This document shows, in pieces, positions 39,511 to 49,113 of a DNA stretch of 64,000 nt. The stretch is from Trypanosoma brucei (lineage: Eukaryota). Numbering within the stretch: position 1 is the first letter of the stretch; every line of letters starts with the position of its first letter. The stretch lies in contig CP000071.1 in the NCBI GenBank assembly GCA_000002445.1, forward strand, positions 1,824,001 through 1,888,000, written 5' to 3'. Below the pieces are notes generated by a model, which was not told where the DNA came from, searched no databases, and saw only the letters and a list, made by a program, of their open reading frames with translations. A program made the position numbers and the translations under genes.

Positions 39511-40065
39511 ATGGAAGACAATCTTGCGGCAGAAATTGCGCGAATAGAGGCGGAGTTGGAAGCGGACCGACAGCAGCGCGAAAAACAACAACAGCAACAA
39601 CAACAACAACAGCAGCAGCAGCAGCATCAAATGAGCATGCAAAACATGATGCCCAGCTTTGGTGTATCCGCAGTTCCACAACCAATGCAACATCAACATC
39701 AACATCAGCAGTCACAACAACAGTCACCACAGCAAATGGGTGTATTGCATGGGCAAGTCAGTGGTTCAACATCACATGCGCCTGGTCAACCTCACCATTT
39801 CTCAAAGGATAGCGATGGGCGATCCATTTTTGTTGGAAATCTTCCTAAAGGTGATAATGGCGGACCCACAACCACGCCAGAGGAGTTGGCGCATTTATTT
39901 GCCGACTGTGGTCCCATCCTCAACTGTACGTTACTGCGCGATCGCACAACTGGTGAGTTGAAGGGCACGGCATATGTTGAATTTTCCACTTACACCGGAA
40001 TGGGTAAAGCTATTGATACTAAAAACAACACCATGTTCAAGGGTAGTACTTTAATTGTATGTTGA
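39511..40065 (+). CDS. Nuclear poly(A)-binding protein PABPN1/PABP2-like (coiled coil + poly-Gln + single RRM)
   Basis: The ORF starts with ATG immediately after a T17 polyY tract. The N-terminus has a coiled coil (AAEIARIEAELEADRQQREKQ). The RRM RSIFVGNLP...ELAHLFADCGPILNCTLLRDRTTGELKGTAYVEFSTYTGMGKAI...FKGSTLIV is collinear with the PABPN1 RRM (SIYVGNVDY...GFAYIEF...FRGRQIKV). Confidence 0.7.
   Translation: MEDNLAAEIARIEAELEADRQQREKQQQQQQQQQQQQQHQMSMQNMMPSFGVSAVPQPMQHQHQHQQSQQQSPQQMGVLHGQVSGSTSHAPGQPHHFSKDSDGRSIFVGNLPKGDNGGPTTTPEELAHLFADCGPILNCTLLRDRTTGELKGTAYVEFSTYTGMGKAIDTKNNTMFKGSTLIVC
39584..39630 (+). repeat. Coding (CAA/CAG)n repeat encoding poly-Gln in the PABPN1-like gene
   Basis: Read directly. 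It is translated as QQQQQQQQQQQQQQQQ. Confidence 0.9.
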
Positions 40066-41016
40066 CCGTGAGTTCCTGTACATAATGGGGCGCATTTTTT
40101 TGTGTGCGTTCCCTTCAACTTCTCCCCACTTTTCCCACTCCCCTCTACAAACAGGGGAACGAACTGAAGGGTGCGAGAGGAAGTGATTGAGTGAATAATA
40201 ACAACAACAATAACAACAACAACAACATTTAAGTAAATAAATAAACAAATAATAGTGAATAGTAATAGTGGTAATACTAGTAGTGATTTTAATTTCTTTT
40301 CTTTTCTTTTCTTTTTTTTTTGTTTTTGAAAAAAAAAAGAAAATCAAAATCAAAATAATAAAGAGAGTGAAAAACGTTAGCAGCATAATGACACAACCAT
40401 TGAAAAATGCTTCACAACAAAAACAAACTAAACAATGGAAGAAAAACAATAATAATAATAATAATAATAATATAATGGCGCTAACAGTACATACACCACT
40501 AAATGAAGTATTGGAAACGGGGTGGAAAGAAAACTTTTATATAATATATATATATATATATCAAATTACTGAGCAACAACAAAAATAACAATAGCAACAA
40601 AGAAATGCACTAAAAACCAAAAATAAAAAAAGAATATGGGGCTTTAGACCTCTTCTATCGTCACCCCCCATAGATGGCTTAGATTCACAAAAAAAAAAAT
40701 AAAAGAAAGAAAGAAAGAATATTGGTACTGTCACCAAAATTAACAAATATAACAATGATAGTGCAACAGTATCATCCACCAACAAAAAATATATATATAT
40801 AAGTAGCACGCGCAAAAAAAAAAAAAGAACATACACAAACATTGCGTAAATGCCCTCATTCACTTACTTGCAATCCCTCAGCCGCTCCCCTCCTCCTCTC
40901 TTCATTCTCCTCTCTCATTTTTTTTTAAATATATATATATATATACTCATGAATCAATGTGAAATCACTTCTTCTTCTTTCCACTCCTCCATTCTTTTTT
41001 TTTCTTTAATACTTCG

Positions 41017-41253
41017 ATGGCTGAAAAGGTGACGAAAAAACGCTCATCATTCCGACCGGAACGAGCGCGTGGTGGACGTGGCGGCGGAGGGACCGGGCGG
41101 GGAGCTCAAATGCCTGATCCCTATCAAGCAATGATGGCACTTATGGGAATGGTGGCAGGCGGGGTAATGGCACGTGGTGGACGTGGCGGTGGTCGTGGCA
41201 GTCGGGGTGGAAATTCGCAGCGTGTGATGGGTGGATTTCAACCCTTTCAATAA
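41017..41253 (+). CDS. Small RGG-box protein, 78 aa (tentative)
   Basis: The ORF starts with ATG directly after a strong polyY tract (tcttctttccactcctccattctttttttttctttaatacttcg). It has three RGG/RGGRGG clusters flanking a Met/Ala-rich middle. Being short and low-complexity, the call is tentative. Confidence 0.35.
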   Translation: MAEKVTKKRSSFRPERARGGRGGGGTGRGAQMPDPYQAMMALMGMVAGGVMARGGRGGGRGSRGGNSQRVMGGFQPFQ

Positions 41254-42577
41254 ATTTATTTCTCCCCATCACCACCACCACCACAATCACAACCACAACC
41301 ACAACCACCAGGCCTACTTGTCAATACTTCGGTATCGCATGATGTGAAGAAAAAAGAGGAATGGAAAAAAAAAATGGAAAAGAGGAATAGAAGGAGAAAA
41401 GGAAGTGGATGGGTAGTTGAATGGAATGGAATGGAGGGACAATGACAAAAAAGCGCTGTTTTGACTGTTGTTGTCATTCGCGGCGTGTTATTGTTTTAAT
41501 TCCAATAGCCCTCTCATCCTCGACCCCTTTCTTTCTTTTCGCTGTCCTGCTTTTCTTTTTTTTAAATTAAAAAAAAAAAACTTCTGCCTCTTCCTCTCTC
41601 CTTTTCTTTCCAGCTGCAGATGCCGTTGGGAGGACGAAGGTGGTGCCGTAAGTCCAACACCGAAAGAAATACGGATCTAAAGTCAACGGTGTGTGGATGG
41701 TTGTGTGGATAATACAAAACTAACAAATAAAATGAAGGTGAAACAATGGGGGAGGGAGGTGGAGATTAAAAAAAGAAAAAAGTGAAGGAGGGTTGAAGAA
41801 TGAAGAAAGAAAGAAAGAAAGAGAGGGGGTAACTGGTGTGGGCGCGAGAGGAGAAAGCGTGCTGAGGATAGGAAAAGTTGAATGGAAAGACAAAACAAAA
41901 AAGATGAAAAGTGTGTGGTACAAGTGATGAAGGTGTGGCGAGAAATGTCCCGATGCGCCATCATCACATTTGTGTACCATCACTTCTCCTTCCACGCTTT
42001 TGTTTGTTTGTTTGTTTTTGTATTCGCTCTTATCCCTCTTTCCATTGCTTCAATGATGCTGTGGTGACGGAGAACCCTCTTGGGCGTCCGGTTGCGTGGC
42101 ATCGCTGCCCTTCTAACCGTTTCTTTCAGCGTGGTATCTCCTTCACATTCCCGAAGCCTCTTATTTTGCCTTTTTTAAAAAAGAAAAAAGAGAAAAAAGA
42201 TAGAAAGGTGTGGGGAGTGGGGAAGAATTGGAAAAGGGATAGCGAAAACTATGGAGAAGATAAGCGATACAGGGAAACAAACTCACGCGTGCAGTTGCAT
42301 GAGTGCCAGGTTGTTCAATCCCTTAACGAGAAGTGACAAAATAATATAACGAAAAGGGAAAAGGGAAATAAAGGAAACGAAAAGCATGTGACGGCAATAT
42401 TTCCTCCCACTTCCACTTGCTGCATTTGGTACGTGCACCGCTCCATCAAACAAAACAGCTATGTTGATAATGCCACGAATGTGCAGGTGGAACACGGTGG
42501 CTTGTGATAACTCTCCATGTCATTGATTTTTGTTGCTCTTCCATTCCTCAACCCCTCCCGCTTCTACACCGTGCTTG

Positions 42578-42650
42578 ACTTCTTTCTTTCTTCTTTTTTT
42601 TCTTTTCTTTTTCCCTCTCTCTCTCTTTCAATTTCACTTTCCCCCTTTGT
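42578..42650 (+). promoter_or_regulatory. Polypyrimidine tract plus downstream AG, a candidate SL trans-splice acceptor signal for ICP
   Basis: There is a 70-nt run of C and T (tctttctttcttcttttttttcttttctttttccctctctctctctttcaatttcactttccccctttg) ~85 nt upstream of the ICP ATG. This is the canonical kinetoplastid pre-mRNA processing signal. The exact acceptor AG was not mapped. Confidence 0.6.
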
Positions 42651-42733
42651 CGTGACACACACACACACACACACACTCCACTAGAAAAGCTTTTTTGTTT
42701 TCTTTTCTCCCCGCGAAAGTGACCTAATACAAT

Positions 42734-43099
42734 ATGTCCCACAACCTATTTACTGAGGAAGACAACAACAAGACCATCCGTATGGTCATTGGTGAAACCT
42801 TCACGATTGAACTTAAGAGCAACCCAACCACCGGCTACACGTGGCTTCGTTCAGGTCTCGCCGGTACCGAACTCAGCGATTGCACCTTCGCCATCCAAAG
42901 CAAATTTAACAACCGTGCGCCTCATGATAACCACAAGAATCACAGACGCCTATTGGTTGGTGCGGGTGGCACGATGGTACTCGAAGTGAAAGCCCTTAAA
43001 CCCGGGAAGCACACGCTTTCACTCGCTTACGGACGCCCATGGGTTGGATTCAATGCCGCAGCCAAACGTTACAACATTCACGTCGAGGCCACCGCATAA
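42734..43099 (+). CDS. ICP: Inhibitor of cysteine peptidase, chagasin family (ICP)
   Basis: The ORF starts with ATG after a long polyY/(CA)n tract. It has all three chagasin-family loops: NPTTGY (L2), GAGGT (L4) and RPW (L6). It is 121 aa with a beta-rich composition. It matches my memory of T. brucei ICP. Confidence 0.9.
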   Translation: MSHNLFTEEDNNKTIRMVIGETFTIELKSNPTTGYTWLRSGLAGTELSDCTFAIQSKFNNRAPHDNHKNHRRLLVGAGGTMVLEVKALKPGKHTLSLAYGRPWVGFNAAAKRYNIHVEATA

Positions 43100-44061
43100 A
43101 TAAGGCGGTATGTGGAAGTGGAGAAGGAAGGAAATAAATAAATATATATATATTTATTTATTTATATAGGATTCTGCTTTTTTGTTTGTTTGTTTGTTTT
43201 TGTACAGATGTATAATCGTTTAGTGTACGGGGGGGGGAGGAGAAGAAGAAAGAGGGAAGAGGAAGTAGTACATATGAAGGGTAAAATAATTCCCTGCCTG
43301 CCTTCACTTTTATGTTTTCTTTTAATCAGCGAGAGCAGAACAAATTGAAGCAAAGAAATGAAAGTGAAAAATTAACAGTTTACGTGATTGCTTCCTGAAA
43401 TAACATGAAAAGGAGGTTTTCCTTTTTTATCATTTTTCCTTTGACTTTTGTACGATGAAGAAGGAAAGGGCATATCCGTCAAAAGGAAAAATGAGGAAAA
43501 TCTAACTTCATCTGGAGGGGAAAGGGAAGGTGGAAAACTGAATACGCTACTTTGATGTCCTTTTTCCCCTTGTGTTCTTCCCTGTTTCTCCGTTTTTCTT
43601 TTTTTTTTTTTACCCCTTGTGTGGATGCTTCATATTATTATTTTTATTATTGCTATACCCTTGCTTCGCCTTAGGAAAAAGTTATACCAATGACATAGTG
43701 GAAACCAGAGGTGTTCAAAACAAAACGAGTAGGGAAAGGGGGTGATATGCTTTACTTTCTTCTGTTGTTATTTGCTGTTTCCGTGCTGCCGTTTGGGATG
43801 CCCGTTTTCCCTTCTTTTTCAAACTGCTTCAGTTTAATAACTTATGTTTACTCCATCCCGCCTTTTATTCTCGAATTTGAGCAGGCGTAACTTTCAGTTG
43901 CAAGGGTGACTGGAAGTGTCATTCAGTTGCACACAAGTCTTAACGCCCTAGCAATAGAAGAAATACCTACGTTTAACTCTAACCATAGCAAAGACAAAAG
44001 TAGAACAAGCGTCACGTTGGAAAAGCAAGTGAATTTGTTTGGAAACTTGGGGAGACGCGTA

Positions 44062-44601
44062 ATGGAACGAATTGGTGAGTTTACCGTCATGGCATTTCAT
44101 AATGTTCGCAATGCCGCTGCACTCCACGATCACTTCAAGAAGAAAAAGATTGACGCGGCGGTTATAGATGCAGCTTACATTGTGTCGCACCTTCACCTTT
44201 CCGTGGCTCTGCATCGCTTATCAACTGAGCCGCTTATCACAGAAAGCGGTGCCAAATCAGTCGCTTCTTCATCAACCGCTTGCGGCACATCTCTCGTACC
44301 AGAGCGGAAGGTTACCGCTCGCGATGTTTTTTCGTCGCTGTCGCACACTCGCAACCTCGACCGGGTGCTGGAGCGCCTTACTTGCGCAAGCACCACAACT
44401 GCAGTCGTCATTGTGTTGCATGCGCCATCGTCCCAACATGTGGAGGGCGTTGCGGCATTTGTTGAAGGTGAACCGCATCGCTTGTCAGATAACAACCGTT
44501 ACTGTAAAGAAGCGGCCGTCCGAGACTTTTATGGCGTCGGAGAAGCTGAGACGGGGCTTGAGGCGGCCGTCGTGAATCGGTTAGCCACAAGCGGTATTTG
44601 A
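44062..44601 (+). CDS. Hypothetical protein (start uncertain; track ORF begins at a GTG at 43906)
   Basis: There is a 696-nt open frame on the transcribed strand with a first in-frame ATG at 44062. Third positions are GC-rich, and several other frames are also open here. No domain is recognised. Confidence 0.3.
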   Translation: MERIGEFTVMAFHNVRNAAALHDHFKKKKIDAAVIDAAYIVSHLHLSVALHRLSTEPLITESGAKSVASSSTACGTSLVPERKVTARDVFSSLSHTRNLDRVLERLTCASTTTAVVIVLHAPSSQHVEGVAAFVEGEPHRLSDNNRYCKEAAVRDFYGVGEAETGLEAAVVNRLATSGI

Positions 44602-45081
44602 GAAGTTGTTGGGTTCTGTTGAAAAGTGCTAAAAGGTAGTGAGTGGCAGGGCGAAGCAATGGAAAGTGGGTCTAAAACCGAATTGTGGCGAGAAACGGTT
44701 CCATTGCGTGGCGGCAGAAAAGAAGGAATACAAAAAAAAAATGATTGTGGGCACCTGCGACGGCTACTGCAACTGCCATGGTCACTTTGATGCCTCTCGT
44801 CACTACAAGGCCGGTTGTCGAGTTGTGTTGTGCTGCCGGGTCAGGACAAACGGAAAACGAATCGAGGAAAAGTTTCCGACCCCCTGTGTTTTTTACTGCC
44901 TTATTTTCCCCCCTTTCTTTTATTTATTTGCAACTTGAACCCTTCATAGGTTCCCACACGCACAAATTTCCCCCTTTTTTTTTCTTCCTCACTCAACCCC
45001 GCGCGCAGTCGTTTCATTAGCAGGTGGGGTGGCGATTTCCCTCCCGTCCCTCATATATATATATATATATATGACCGGATA

Positions 45082-46719
45082 ATGCCTGGGTGTCTTGAGG
45101 TACGTTACATTGGTGAGAGTCATGGCGTGGGTTCCTATACACTGAAACCAGCCAAAGCGGGGGATGTCCTTCTGCAGGAGTACCCCGTCGCATTTGCCAA
45201 GGCCCAAAGACAAGACGCACTGGAACCTCATCGCATCTGTGGCGGTTGCGGTATGATCCTCACCAGTCTAAAGGAGGAGTGCCGGCGCTTAGCGCTGCTC
45301 GCACTTGAGGCAACCACCGGAGGGTCATCGCAACTTGATGAGCGAGTGCACGGCAGTAGTAATGCATGTGAAGAGCAAAAATATGAACATGAAGCAGTTG
45401 GTAATCGAGCGGGCGTCACGGAATGTGCTGTCGAAGCGCCGGAGCTGGCTGTTATAGTCTCACCTGACAAGTTATATGACACGTTCAAGGACCATGAAAT
45501 GTGGGAACACTTCCAGAAGGGGGTTGAAGCCAGTGACGATATACCAGAAGGCGGAGCCGATAGCGCGGAGGTTCGGTTTTGCAGTATGGAATGCAAGGAG
45601 CACTGCCTTGGGGGCCGGGGCGGGCGTTTCGTGCTTCCACTGTTGCGGGAACCGCCATGCAACGAACTGCAGCTCACCTCTGGCGTAATGGAGGCACAAG
45701 GCATTGAAGATGTTGACAAGCTACGCACACCATCCGCTGATACGATCATGTACCAGTCAACAACCTTGACGGCTGAAGTCGCGGTGGAAGTGTGGCCAAC
45801 CAAGGCCCATGCACTCGCTACGTTGGAGTTTCTTGCAGAGAAGTATAATGCACGATTGCGGCTTGTTCTGTTCATCCTTGCTCGCTTTCTCTCGGACATT
45901 CTTTCCACGGGCTCGGTGGCAGCTAACAAACAGTTTGAAGAGCGTCTTGGTGAAAGAGTGCAAGAATTTGTACAGCATTACGACGAGGGTGCGTCGCGAG
46001 GCCTATCACCCGAGCAGCGCTCGTTTCTTCGCTTCTCGTGGAAGTGCGTTTGCCGCTGGATAACTCTTTGCTGCGTGAATGAAGGAAAGGTAGCCACTGC
46101 AGTTGCAGGTAGCGAAGATAAATTTTGTGAAGGACTATGCAGTGCAGAGAGAGTGTGCTCTAGCACAGCTGAATGGTTCCCCCTCCAACTTTACCTACGT
46201 TGCTTTTGGGTAACAGATGCTAATGCACACATGTACGTTGTAGTTTCCCCGCTCTATAGCTTGTTATCCGAGAGGTTGCCAATACTGAGTGGCATATACC
46301 GTATCCAGAGCGAAACACATTTTGGCAAAGGCAGAGGTGAAAACGTTTGTGAGAACGAAGATTCCAACGTTGGTAGCGGGCGAGAGGTGGATCGTTTAAA
46401 CCGTCAAATGAAAATACTCCAATTTCTGTTCCAAACTGTGGACCCGAACAGAGCTCACTCCAGAGGTGTGGCTCTCTATGATGCGGCGGCGAAGATAAAC
46501 CATAGTTGCGCACCATCAGTCCGATTTGTGCCGACCCATGGCGGGGTCAAGGCCGTCGTTGTGGCGTTGCGAGATATTCCCAGCGGCGAGGAGGTGAGAA
46601 CGTCGTACATTGAAGTTGGGGCGTATCCCACAAACAAGGCACGAAGGGAGTTCCTGCTTAGCAGCTACGGGTTTAACTGCGATTGCCCACTATGCGTAAC
46701 TGAATGTGAACCAACATAA
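45082..46719 (+). CDS. SET domain protein (SMYD-like, split SET with Cys-rich insert)
   Basis: The ORF starts with ATG. The SET C-terminal signature is AKINHSCAPSV...EEVRTSYIE and the post-SET Cys cluster is GFNCDCPLCVTEC. The N-terminal Cys-rich regions are CGGCG...C and RFCSMECKEHC. Confidence 0.7.
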   Translation: MPGCLEVRYIGESHGVGSYTLKPAKAGDVLLQEYPVAFAKAQRQDALEPHRICGGCGMILTSLKEECRRLALLALEATTGGSSQLDERVHGSSNACEEQKYEHEAVGNRAGVTECAVEAPELAVIVSPDKLYDTFKDHEMWEHFQKGVEASDDIPEGGADSAEVRFCSMECKEHCLGGRGGRFVLPLLREPPCNELQLTSGVMEAQGIEDVDKLRTPSADTIMYQSTTLTAEVAVEVWPTKAHALATLEFLAEKYNARLRLVLFILARFLSDILSTGSVAANKQFEERLGERVQEFVQHYDEGASRGLSPEQRSFLRFSWKCVCRWITLCCVNEGKVATAVAGSEDKFCEGLCSAERVCSSTAEWFPLQLYLRCFWVTDANAHMYVVVSPLYSLLSERLPILSGIYRIQSETHFGKGRGENVCENEDSNVGSGREVDRLNRQMKILQFLFQTVDPNRAHSRGVALYDAAAKINHSCAPSVRFVPTHGGVKAVVVALRDIPSGEEVRTSYIEVGAYPTNKARREFLLSSYGFNCDCPLCVTECEPT

Positions 46720-47120
46720 GGTTTATTTATTAAACGTGCGTTTTGGTTGTTTGGATGGCGTGCTTCCTGTTCGCTCTCCGGTTCTCACGCGGACATACGT
46801 GGTGGGTTTATCGCGCGGCGAGAGGCGTTATTAGTTACATTAACTTACTTGATATTAACCGTAATAGTTACGCATGGTCGGGTAGGGCTCGTTGTGCTGC
46901 TTGTGCTAACGCTGCTCTCGATCGTCATTACAAATTTCCAAGGAAAAAAAAACGCATACATACACATATCTTATCATTTAAATGTACTACGTTTACCGTT
47001 GTTGGTAGTATGAGGAGCTCTGCGCGCGCGTCCAATCCTATCGTGTGAGCAACTGCAACAAAGAAACATAAAAAGGTCACGCAAGTTGTGAAGTTAGTTT
47101 CTATTCGGAGCGTTCCGCGT

Positions 47121-48140
47121 ATGGGGTTCAAGTGTCTCCTCTCATCACGCGCCCTTCTTCAGGTTACCGGGTCTGTTGCTCATGAATTCCTGCAGGGCCT
47201 CTTCACAAATGACTTGCGGCAACTCCAGCCCGGTGGCAGCCTGTGGGGATGTTTTCTTCACCACACGGGTCGCGTTATGTGCGATGCCTATCTTTACCAA
47301 TCGACTCGCACGCCCGAAGGACAGGTAACTATTATGATTGATGTGCATTGTGGCGTTGCGGACACCCTGTTGGAGCACCTGAAAGAGTACCGGATGCGCA
47401 AGAAGTTAGAAATACGGAGTGCAGCCGAAGAGTTGGTGGTGGTGGCTGCTGCAACGATTGGAAATTCGATCTCGTCCTGCGGAGACAATGCTGGAAGTTC
47501 CCCATCATCATCGTCGGCAACATACGGTGGGGACCAGGAACTTAGTGGCCCACAAGGTGTGGATTCATTCGATACCTTGGCGGAGACATTTACTGACCCA
47601 CGCAGCTTCGCTCTCCCAGCCACTCTTCGGAAGATGATTGTTCCTCGGAAAGGTGCCCCACCCACTCTGGACTCAGAGAAATTGTACAAGAAATTTCTGT
47701 ACGCAGCCGGCGTCGGTGAAGGACCCGAAGTGTTCAGGCCTTCGAAAACACTACCCTTTGAAGCAAACACTGACTTGTTACGAGGCGTCAGTTTTCACAA
47801 AGGCTGTTATATGGGACAAGAGCTCACTCACCGTACTCATGTAATGCTTGTCACACGCAAGCGCACAGTACCACTGTTCCTTCAGGGGGAGCTGTTTGAC
47901 GGGAAGGGAGGCGAAAAAACACCGCATGTTGAGGGGACGTTGGTGATCGGCAACCAGAAGGTTGGTGAGGTTCTCACTGCATGTGGTAACGTTGGGCTCG
48001 GGTTACTGCGTTTGAACCACGTGGACATCACGACGCGAAGCTTTCCGGGGTTGTCACTGAGCGATGGCACAACTGTCGATGCGAGAATCCCTGAGTGGTG
48101 GGACGAAAAGGAGCTACGCAAAGTCCTCACCAAATCATGA
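47121..48140 (+). CDS. IBA57: IBA57/CAF17 (YgfZ-family, aminomethyltransferase-like folate-binding) Fe-S cluster assembly factor
   Basis: The track start at 47088 is a GTG. The ATG is at 47121 (MGFKCLLSSRALL...). The N-terminal GcvT-like block is LQVTGSVAHEFLQGLFTNDLRQL and the YgfZ signature is FHKGCYMGQELTHRT. Confidence 0.8.
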   Translation: MGFKCLLSSRALLQVTGSVAHEFLQGLFTNDLRQLQPGGSLWGCFLHHTGRVMCDAYLYQSTRTPEGQVTIMIDVHCGVADTLLEHLKEYRMRKKLEIRSAAEELVVVAAATIGNSISSCGDNAGSSPSSSSATYGGDQELSGPQGVDSFDTLAETFTDPRSFALPATLRKMIVPRKGAPPTLDSEKLYKKFLYAAGVGEGPEVFRPSKTLPFEANTDLLRGVSFHKGCYMGQELTHRTHVMLVTRKRTVPLFLQGELFDGKGGEKTPHVEGTLVIGNQKVGEVLTACGNVGLGLLRLNHVDITTRSFPGLSLSDGTTVDARIPEWWDEKELRKVLTKS

Positions 48141-49113
48141 TGGTAGCTGAAAGACAGAACGGGGTTGGAGGAGGAATGGGTGGTGTTTTTTGATCCGTTC
48201 TACCAAATTTTACTCTCCTATACACAAATATACGAACATTTGAAATGGCGCGGAGAACGGGCGCTTTCGTGCCCGAGTAGCCGTGAGAAAATTTGGTCCT
48301 GTGGTGTTTTTCCCCAGCACCACCACGCCCATTGCCTTGTTTGTTCTTACTAAATCTATCGTCAGAGTGTATTTTTTCTCAGTGTTGTTATTATTGAATG
48401 AAGTGTATGGAGATGAAGAAAGTTGACATTGTCCTTGCTGCCGACTCTTTTTTAAACATTCCGTATTCTTTTTGTTGGCGTGGTCGTGTTGTTGCAACCA
48501 CCATGCAAATACGGGCGAGGGAGTATGCATTGGAGAATACCCCCAGAATAGCGACGTGGCGGATACACATCCTAAGGCAAATACATATATATATATACTT
48601 TTTTATAACTATATTTACGTGGGTGCTTGTGTTGACGTTTGTAGCGTGAAGTTCAGTGGGAGTAAATGCGAAGGTGATGGGTAGAGCCATACTCTAAGTA
48701 CCGTGTTACTCTCACATTATTCTTTCTCTTCCTTCTGTTTTGCTAACTTGTTAAACGCATTTTAAACACGCATTTTGCTTACCGAAGGTAAGAAGAACCA
48801 AGCAAAGGTGACGGTGGGTGGCCACACAGAAGTTAAGGATTTCGCTCCGGCGCGCGCACCTCGCTGAACAAGGACGCCACACATAACGGGCTAGCCAAAA
48901 AGGGGGAAAAGTGAGGCTGACGGAGGCACGCTTCCCTTCCATCGTTCTGGTTGGTTCTCTTGGTATCGCTCACTCTACCTGCATTCTCCTTCACCCCCTT
49001 ACCAGGCCATTCTACTAGAAAACAGAAGGGACTTGGCTTACTTACTTTTCCTTTATCTAAGAGCGCCGTGAAGGAGCCAAGGGAGTAAAACGACAGTGTG
49101 GTTAAAAAAAGTG

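Noticed and set aside
44639-45020. Cys-rich 99-aa ORF (…CDGYCNCHGHF…) and an overlapping 91-aa ORF, both between two genes
   Set aside because: They sit in the expected 5'UTR and polyY region of the SET gene. They overlap each other in different frames, and their C-termini are translations of T-rich DNA.
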